Assembly: GCA_038321985.1 (NCBI GenBank)
Contig: JBBQFN010000019.1
Span: forward strand, 32,001 to 96,000
Origin: Cyanophyceae cyanobacterium
GTDB lineage: Bacteria; Cyanobacteriota; Cyanobacteriia; Cyanobacteriales; Laspinemataceae
Reading direction: 5' to 3'
DNA length: 64,000 nt
Shown: piece by piece, positions 57,994 to 64,000 of the stretch
Position numbering within the stretch: the first letter of the stretch is position 1
How the letters are laid out: each line of letters begins with the position of its first letter
The notes under the pieces: generated by a model
The model's input: the letters and a program-made list of their open reading frames with translations, nothing else
What the model was told of the DNA's origin: nothing
Database searches by the model: none
Made by a program: the position numbers and the translations under genes

Positions 57994-60189
57994 ATGAGTC
58001 CAGATAACTATTCTCAATCTTTATTCTCCCACCAAGATGGTGAGTTGCGGTATCAGTCTTTTCCACCCCCCTATAAAACAAAGCCAGCAGAAACAGGTAG
58101 AGATGAAGAGCAAGTCATCAAGGAGCTAGGAAAACTTTTAGCAGCAGCTAAAAGAAGATTACTTGTCATTGGAGCTGTAACGGTTGGAGTCAGTGCTGCC
58201 TTATTATTTCAACTATCAAAACGACCTCCCATTTATAGTGGCAGTTTTCAGCTTTTAGTAGAGCCAGTGACGACCTCAGAAAGCCGTTTACAAGCTTTAT
58301 TGTCCCAAACCGAAGGAAACAAATTTGCCACGATAAATGGAAAAGACTTTGGATTAGACTATGCCACTCAGATTCGCGTGTTGAAAAGTCCCAAGGTGAT
58401 GAGTCCTATTATGAATAATATTAGACAAAGATATCCCGATGTAACACCCGAAGATATCCTTGTTCAACGACCTTTCGATGAAAATGAGGGAACTAGAATT
58501 TTAGCGGTCAATTATTATCATGGCGACCCACAAAGGGTTCGGTTTGTACTAGAGCAAGTGGCCGAAGGGTATTTGACTTATAGCCGGGAATCTCGCTTGA
58601 CTAATCTTCGCCAGGGAATTCAGTTTATTGAAGGACAAATTCCTGGTTTTCGGGAACGAGTTGATATTATTCAAGAACAACTACAAAATTTACGGGAAGA
58701 GTACGATCTGATCAATCCGGACTTTCAAAGTAGAAAGCTTGTAGAGCAAAGCCAGTTTATAGAATCCACTCGTATGGAAAACGAAGCCAAACTCGCTGAA
58801 GCTCGCTCCCGTTATGGGACGCTGAAAAAATTGTTTGATGAAGGTAATGTAGCGGCTGTTTTGAGTCAGGATGTGGGAGCTTATTCCCCTTTAATAAAAC
58901 AGATGCACGACCTTCAGGCTGAAACTACAGCAGCGGAAGCAAGATTGCAAGAAGAACACCCCGTGCTCAGAGGGTTACGCGAACAGCAGGGCGCTCTGCG
59001 TTTGCAGGTTATTAGAGAAGCCAGAAGCGTTTTGGAAAAAGTACAAGGAGAATTTCAATCTTTAGAAGAACGTCAAAAAATTATTATCTCCTCTGAAAAT
59101 ATTATCAATCAAAAATCGAATTTACTTCCATCGGTGATGCGGCAACATGATGATTTTCAGCGGGAACTCCTACTTGCGACTGAGACACTTAATCAATATT
59201 TATCAAAATTAGATGGATTGAAAATTGATGCTGCCCAGCAGGAAGTACCCTGGGAAATGATTGCTCCTCCTGGTCCTCCTCAACCGGGTGCAACGGCTAA
59301 TAGAAAAACTAAAATTTTAACAGTAATTGTTGGATTGGTTATGGGAATAGGGACTGCTTTTATCCTCGAAATTCTCAACAATGTATTCCATTCTCCTGAA
59401 GAAATCGAAGATGAAACTAGACTACCCTTATTGGGGGTCATTCCGTTATCCAAGCAACTCAAGAAAGTCTCTCGGGTTTCTAGTCAACCCAGAAAGAAAG
59501 TTTTGCCCGTTAGTTCGGGGGGCGGTTCGAGCCTTGGATCATCTATTTCTTTGTCTAGTAGCTATGCTACCTTAACTCACCCTTATGAGGTTTCTCCCTT
59601 TTTAGAGGCTTTTCGTTCTCTCTATACAAATATCCGCTTGCTGCGTCCTGAACAACCTATCCGCTCTTTAGTGATTGGCGCAGCAACACCAGGAGAAGGG
59701 AAATCTATCGTAGCTTTACACTTAGCACAGACAGCAGCAACAATGGGTCAGCGCGTATTGTTGGTGGACGCAGATCTCCGTCGCCCTAAGATTCATACAA
59801 AAGTAGGCTTACCTAATTTTCGGGGACTCAGCGATACAATTTCTACCGACCTCAGTCTTAATGACGCCATTCAGCAATCTCCATTGGATGAAAATCTTTT
59901 TATTTTGACGTCGGGCTCTCTACCAGCCCACCCGGTCAAGCTGCTGTCTTCCAAAAAAATGGTTTCTCTCATGGAACAATTTCAAGACTTTTTTGATTTA
60001 GTGATCTATGACACACCACCGCTGGTAGGTCTCGCCGACGCTAGCATTATTTCGGCTCAAGCCGATGGACTTATTATGGTGGTAAAAGTTGATAAAACTG
60101 ACCGAACCTTGGTGACGAAAGCATTAGAGGGATTACATATTGCTGGCTCTTCCGTTCTGGGACTTGTTGCAAATGGTAATAAAAGGTAA
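57994..60189 (+). CDS. wzc: Wzc-like polysaccharide co-polymerase/BY-kinase
   Basis: Two TMs around a coiled-coil; EAFRSLYTN; Walker A PGEGKS; VDADLRRP; YDTPP. Confidence 0.9.
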   Translation: MSPDNYSQSLFSHQDGELRYQSFPPPYKTKPAETGRDEEQVIKELGKLLAAAKRRLLVIGAVTVGVSAALLFQLSKRPPIYSGSFQLLVEPVTTSESRLQALLSQTEGNKFATINGKDFGLDYATQIRVLKSPKVMSPIMNNIRQRYPDVTPEDILVQRPFDENEGTRILAVNYYHGDPQRVRFVLEQVAEGYLTYSRESRLTNLRQGIQFIEGQIPGFRERVDIIQEQLQNLREEYDLINPDFQSRKLVEQSQFIESTRMENEAKLAEARSRYGTLKKLFDEGNVAAVLSQDVGAYSPLIKQMHDLQAETTAAEARLQEEHPVLRGLREQQGALRLQVIREARSVLEKVQGEFQSLEERQKIIISSENIINQKSNLLPSVMRQHDDFQRELLLATETLNQYLSKLDGLKIDAAQQEVPWEMIAPPGPPQPGATANRKTKILTVIVGLVMGIGTAFILEILNNVFHSPEEIEDETRLPLLGVIPLSKQLKKVSRVSSQPRKKVLPVSSGGGSSLGSSISLSSSYATLTHPYEVSPFLEAFRSLYTNIRLLRPEQPIRSLVIGAATPGEGKSIVALHLAQTAATMGQRVLLVDADLRRPKIHTKVGLPNFRGLSDTISTDLSLNDAIQQSPLDENLFILTSGSLPAHPVKLLSSKKMVSLMEQFQDFFDLVIYDTPPLVGLADASIISAQADGLIMVVKVDKTDRTLVTKALEGLHIAGSSVLGLVANGNKR

Positions 60190-60745
60190 TTTTTTAATAC
60201 TCAGATAAAGCTTAGGGTTTGCGGATTACTAAGAGTGCTGAGTTGTTTATTCATGCTCCCTAATAATTTTTCTAATCTGCTCCCGAGGAGTGCGTCGTAG
60301 GTGAATCTTCTCAACGATTGAAGTGGTTACTTCTGCGCCCTTATTGAACCCCTATTTCTTCCTTAACTTTTAAATCAGGGGGTGGGCCGTTCTAAGGGGT
60401 AGACTCCTTTAAAACCAAGAGTGGCCTAATATTCTACGTGATAGCTTAGGTATTTAGGGCATCTTTTGTTATTCTTTATAGGAAATCTCCCACATTTCAC
60501 TCAGTAGCAATCTGTACTGGAGTCAGGTGTTGTTGGTCATCTCCAGGAGGGGGCTACATTCCTCCTGTTTGGTATTTCTCTAACAATCACTGAACTGTAT
60601 AGAAGGAAACTCGATGACACAGGACAACGATGTGGGTTAATTACTCTCACTATTCCGAGATGTTATTTAGGTGAACCTGCTGTGCAAACGGCTCAACGGA
60701 AAAGCTTAATACGGCTGCTATTACTTAAAATGGAGAGTCAGATCA

Positions 60746-61873
60746 ATGCGAGTCGCTTTGTTAACCAACTTCATTCCCCCCTATCGGTTGCCTCTTTACA
60801 AAGCGATCGCTGAACGATTGGATGAGTTTGAGGTCTTCATATCAACGCCGATGGAACAAAATCGTAGTTGGACGCCTTCGTGGGAAGGACTCAAAGTGCG
60901 GGTACAAAAAAACTTGACCCTCCGGCGCACGTGGAATCATCCTCATGGGTTTTCTGAACCTTTGTACGTGCATATACCCTACGATACCCTCTGGTTATTG
61001 AAGCAATACCAACCCGATGTGATTATTTCAGGGGAAATGGGATTACGAACTCTGCAAGCCTTATTCTATCGAAAATTGAATCCCCAAAGTCGTTTAATTT
61101 TGTGGGCCACGGTTTCTGAATATAGCGAAAAAGGGCGGGGGCAACTGAGAGAAGGCTTACGACGTACTCTCGTCCCCCAGGCCGATGCACTACTGGTCAA
61201 CGGTCACAGTGGCGCTCGCTACATCAGCCAGTTTGGTGTACCGGAAGATCATATTTTTTTTGCTCCCTATACCACTAATATCACCCCTTTTCTGAAAATT
61301 CCTTTTGCCAGAGAACTTAATGTGGCTTACCGGCTGCTTTATGTCGGTCAATTGGTTGAGCGCAAGGGTCTTAACCAATTTTTATCAACGGTGGAAACCT
61401 GGGTGCGGGCGCATCCAGAACGGAAATTAGAATTTTTGCTAGTTGGGGACGGGCCCCTACGAAGTTCCCTGGAACAAAAAGTTTGGCCGCCAAATCTGGC
61501 TGTCCAATTTCTAGGGGATGTGTTGTATGATCGGCTGCCGGAATTTTATGCGCAAGCGGGGGTTTTTGTGTTCCCGACTTTAGCAGACGAATGGGGGTTA
61601 GTGACGAATGAGGCAATGGCGGCTGGATTGCCTGTGCTAGGTAGCTTGTACGGCCAGTCGGTGGAAGAGTTAGTGCATGATGGTGTAACTGGATGGACTT
61701 TTCGACCGGATCAACCAGAGGAAATGTACCGCGCACTAGACCGAGCGCTTTCTACGCCAATCGAGGAGTTGGAAGTTATCCGGGGCCATGCTCGCGATCG
61801 GATCGCTCACATTACTCCTGAATTTGTGGCAGATCAATGTCTAAAAGCCATTCGTTATGTGTCGAAAGCATGA
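60746..61873 (+). CDS. GT4 glycosyltransferase
   Basis: TNFIPPYR; VGQLVERKG; PTLADEWGLVTNEAMAAGLP. Confidence 0.9.
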   Translation: MRVALLTNFIPPYRLPLYKAIAERLDEFEVFISTPMEQNRSWTPSWEGLKVRVQKNLTLRRTWNHPHGFSEPLYVHIPYDTLWLLKQYQPDVIISGEMGLRTLQALFYRKLNPQSRLILWATVSEYSEKGRGQLREGLRRTLVPQADALLVNGHSGARYISQFGVPEDHIFFAPYTTNITPFLKIPFARELNVAYRLLYVGQLVERKGLNQFLSTVETWVRAHPERKLEFLLVGDGPLRSSLEQKVWPPNLAVQFLGDVLYDRLPEFYAQAGVFVFPTLADEWGLVTNEAMAAGLPVLGSLYGQSVEELVHDGVTGWTFRPDQPEEMYRALDRALSTPIEELEVIRGHARDRIAHITPEFVADQCLKAIRYVSKA

Positions 61874-62287
61874 AGAAGAAGGGGCCAACTTCACAGGGCG
61901 ATCACTTTTTTAACTTGGTTTCCTCTTTTTCCCCAGGTGGACATTACGGTAGACGGTACTGAGGGTTTAACAGTCCTCTTGTAGGGTGGAAAATTAGCCA
62001 TCAAGATGGCGCTCCATAGATTTAATCGGTGAGGAAAAGTCAGCTTGTTATAAAGCAACGTGGGACAGCAGCAGTCCAATCGCTCAAAATCCCTTGCTCG
62101 CTGATTATTTTTTCCTCTTTCACTTCATCTAGGGACTTACCGCTTTTCTTTTCCCGTTGGAGATAGGAAGTTCACCTACTTGGATGGACGTGCAGGATTA
62201 GTTTAAAGGTTCTTTAGAGGAGGTTAAAGCCAGCGATGTTTAACTAGATCTATGGGTCAATATGACTAAGTTTAAGGAGAAACTGAT

Positions 62288-63592
62288 GTGATTCAAATAA
62301 AACGCACAATCTTTCATTTCGTGTTGTTGTTATTTCTGTCTACCGGACTGGTGGTAGCAGTTAATGCTAGGGCAAATTTCGGGATTCAGCTTCGCCTAGA
62401 ACCCCCAAGTTCTCAAATTTCCGACAATTTATTTGGTATGCATCTCCACCATGTCGCAACGCTGCCCACGTATCGAGTAGACCCTCCGATCACTACAAAA
62501 ACACCGTGGCCCGCTGTTCCTTTTGGGGGGTGGCGCTTATGGGATGCTTATGTAGCATGGCCTTGGTTGGAGCCCAAGAAAGGAGAATGGAATTTTGAAG
62601 TATTAGATAACGCTGTAGCACTAGCTGAGGAACAGGGGGTGGAAGTTCTTCTCCCCCTAGCTTTAACCCCTACTTGGGCTTCTGCACGGCCAACAGAGCG
62701 GTCTACCTACGGTCCGGGTTTGGCAGCGGAACCTAAGAACATGGAGGACTGGCGCAACTACATTCGCACGGTTGCAACCCGCTATAAGGGCCGCATTCGA
62801 TACTATGAACTCTGGAACGAACCCAATCGTAAGGGCGTATATACTGGAAGTTTGGAAGAGCTGTTGAGGCTATTTCAAGAAGCTTATCAAATTCTCAAAG
62901 AGGTAGACCCTTTAAACATTGTTGTGGGTCCGGCTACTAGTAACGATCGCTTTGACGGGGTGTCCTGGTTGGATAAATATCTGGAAAGCGGTGGTGGCAA
63001 CTACACGGATGTAATTTCTTATCACTTTTATGTAGGGGCACACCTACCACCGGAAGAAATGGTTACGCTGATTAAGAGAGTGCAAGATGTAAAAGCCAAG
63101 TATGGCTACCGGGAAAAGCCTCTGTGGAATACGGAAGCGGGATGGCCCCATGGAACAACTTTCTCTGATGATGAAGCGGCTGCTTACGTCGCACGCGCTT
63201 ATATTTTAAATTGGGCCGCAGGGATTAGTCGGTTTTATTGGTATGCATGGGATAATCATACCTGGGTTAGCTTATATATGGTTGAGCAGGCTGATAGAAA
63301 AACTTTAAAATCGGCTGCGATCGCTTACAAAGAAGTCCAAAAATGGCTGGTAGGAAAACGAATGGACCGCTGCCAGTTAGATCAAACCAATACTTGGACC
63401 TGCCAGTTGACTGGAGAAGGAAACTATCGCGCTTGGATCCTGTGGAATCCCGTGGGTCCAGAGAACTTTCGACTTCCTCGTAACTGGGAAGTAGAGCAGC
63501 TTAGGGATTTGGCCGGTGACAAAAGATCGCTCTCTGCTGACCGCCTTGAGATAGGTCCATCACCTTTATTGTTGGAGCATTTTAATTCCTAA
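62288..63592 (+). CDS. secreted clan GH-A glycoside hydrolase (GH39/GH5-like)
   Basis: Signal peptide; YELWNEPN (acid/base Glu); SYHFY; LWNTEAG (nucleophile Glu); WYAWD. Confidence 0.82.
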   Translation: MIQIKRTIFHFVLLLFLSTGLVVAVNARANFGIQLRLEPPSSQISDNLFGMHLHHVATLPTYRVDPPITTKTPWPAVPFGGWRLWDAYVAWPWLEPKKGEWNFEVLDNAVALAEEQGVEVLLPLALTPTWASARPTERSTYGPGLAAEPKNMEDWRNYIRTVATRYKGRIRYYELWNEPNRKGVYTGSLEELLRLFQEAYQILKEVDPLNIVVGPATSNDRFDGVSWLDKYLESGGGNYTDVISYHFYVGAHLPPEEMVTLIKRVQDVKAKYGYREKPLWNTEAGWPHGTTFSDDEAAAYVARAYILNWAAGISRFYWYAWDNHTWVSLYMVEQADRKTLKSAAIAYKEVQKWLVGKRMDRCQLDQTNTWTCQLTGEGNYRAWILWNPVGPENFRLPRNWEVEQLRDLAGDKRSLSADRLEIGPSPLLLEHFNS

Positions 63593-63750
63593 AACAGAAT
63601 TAATCTTCTTTCTCTCCACTCCCAAGCGAGCCAAAGATGATGCTTCCTCCAGATACCAGAGACCTAGTTTGTTATAATCGTTGTAAATAAAAACTGGGAT
63701 TGAATCCAAAATAGTCTGATAAGCGCAAGTCGTAATAGACATAAGTAAGG

Positions 63751-64000
63751 ATGACACCAATGGAAAGTCAAACCATCGCAGTTCTCATGACTTGCCATAA
63801 CCGTCGGGAAAAGACCTTGGGGAGTCTCGCGGCACTTTTGAGTCAAGAACTACCTATACAGGTAAAACTAGCGGTTTATTTAGTGGATGATGCTAGCACT
63901 GACAATACCGCCGAAGCTGTCAAACAATCTTATCCAGAAATTCAAATCATTCCTGGAAACGGGAGTTTATTTTGGAATGGTGGAATGCGGCGTGCCTTTA
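63751..64000 (+). CDS. GT2 glycosyltransferase (partial, runs off the window; absent from the ORF track)
   Basis: MTPMESQTIAVLMTCHNRREKT...LVDDASTD.T...GNGSLFWNGGMRRAF. Confidence 0.85.
   Translation, partial: MTPMESQTIAVLMTCHNRREKTLGSLAALLSQELPIQVKLAVYLVDDASTDNTAEAVKQSYPEIQIIPGNGSLFWNGGMRRAF

Overview
Cyanobacterial chromosomal DNA. The HIP1 octamer GCGATCGC is very abundant, and psb29/thf1, cpcT, ndhS and ycf34 are present. The style suggests a filamentous Oscillatoriales strain (inference). The window has four parts. (1) 1-7 kb: a large Ser/Thr kinase-AAA-GAF-PP2C sensor (5'-truncated by the window), a tRNA nucleotidyltransferase and ycf34. (2) 7-19 kb: an accessory block of Ser/Thr kinases, WD40/TPR proteins, a RelE-type toxin-antitoxin pair, a broken controller(C)-protein-like HTH gene and a methyltransferase plus putative endonuclease pair. 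(3) 19-33 kb: housekeeping genes (tsaB, psb29, cpcT, STAS, hemF, mrp, rodA, ndhS, HAS-barrel), a probable 6S RNA that appears to carry a ~33-nt insertion, a PAS plus class III cyclase pair, and a YheT hydrolase preceded by an HLR1 (RpaB) box. (4) 33-64 kb: a large Wzx/Wzy-type exopolysaccharide locus (wza, wzc, wzx, polymerase, eight glycosyltransferases) with sulfotransferase, pyruvyltransferase, nitroreductase, a GH-A hydrolase, and two opposite-strand MBOAT+SGNH acylation cassettes (one frameshifted) bordered by MITE-like elements. No rRNA, tRNA, CRISPR array or intact transposase was seen. All calls are from reading motifs by eye; no database searches were run.
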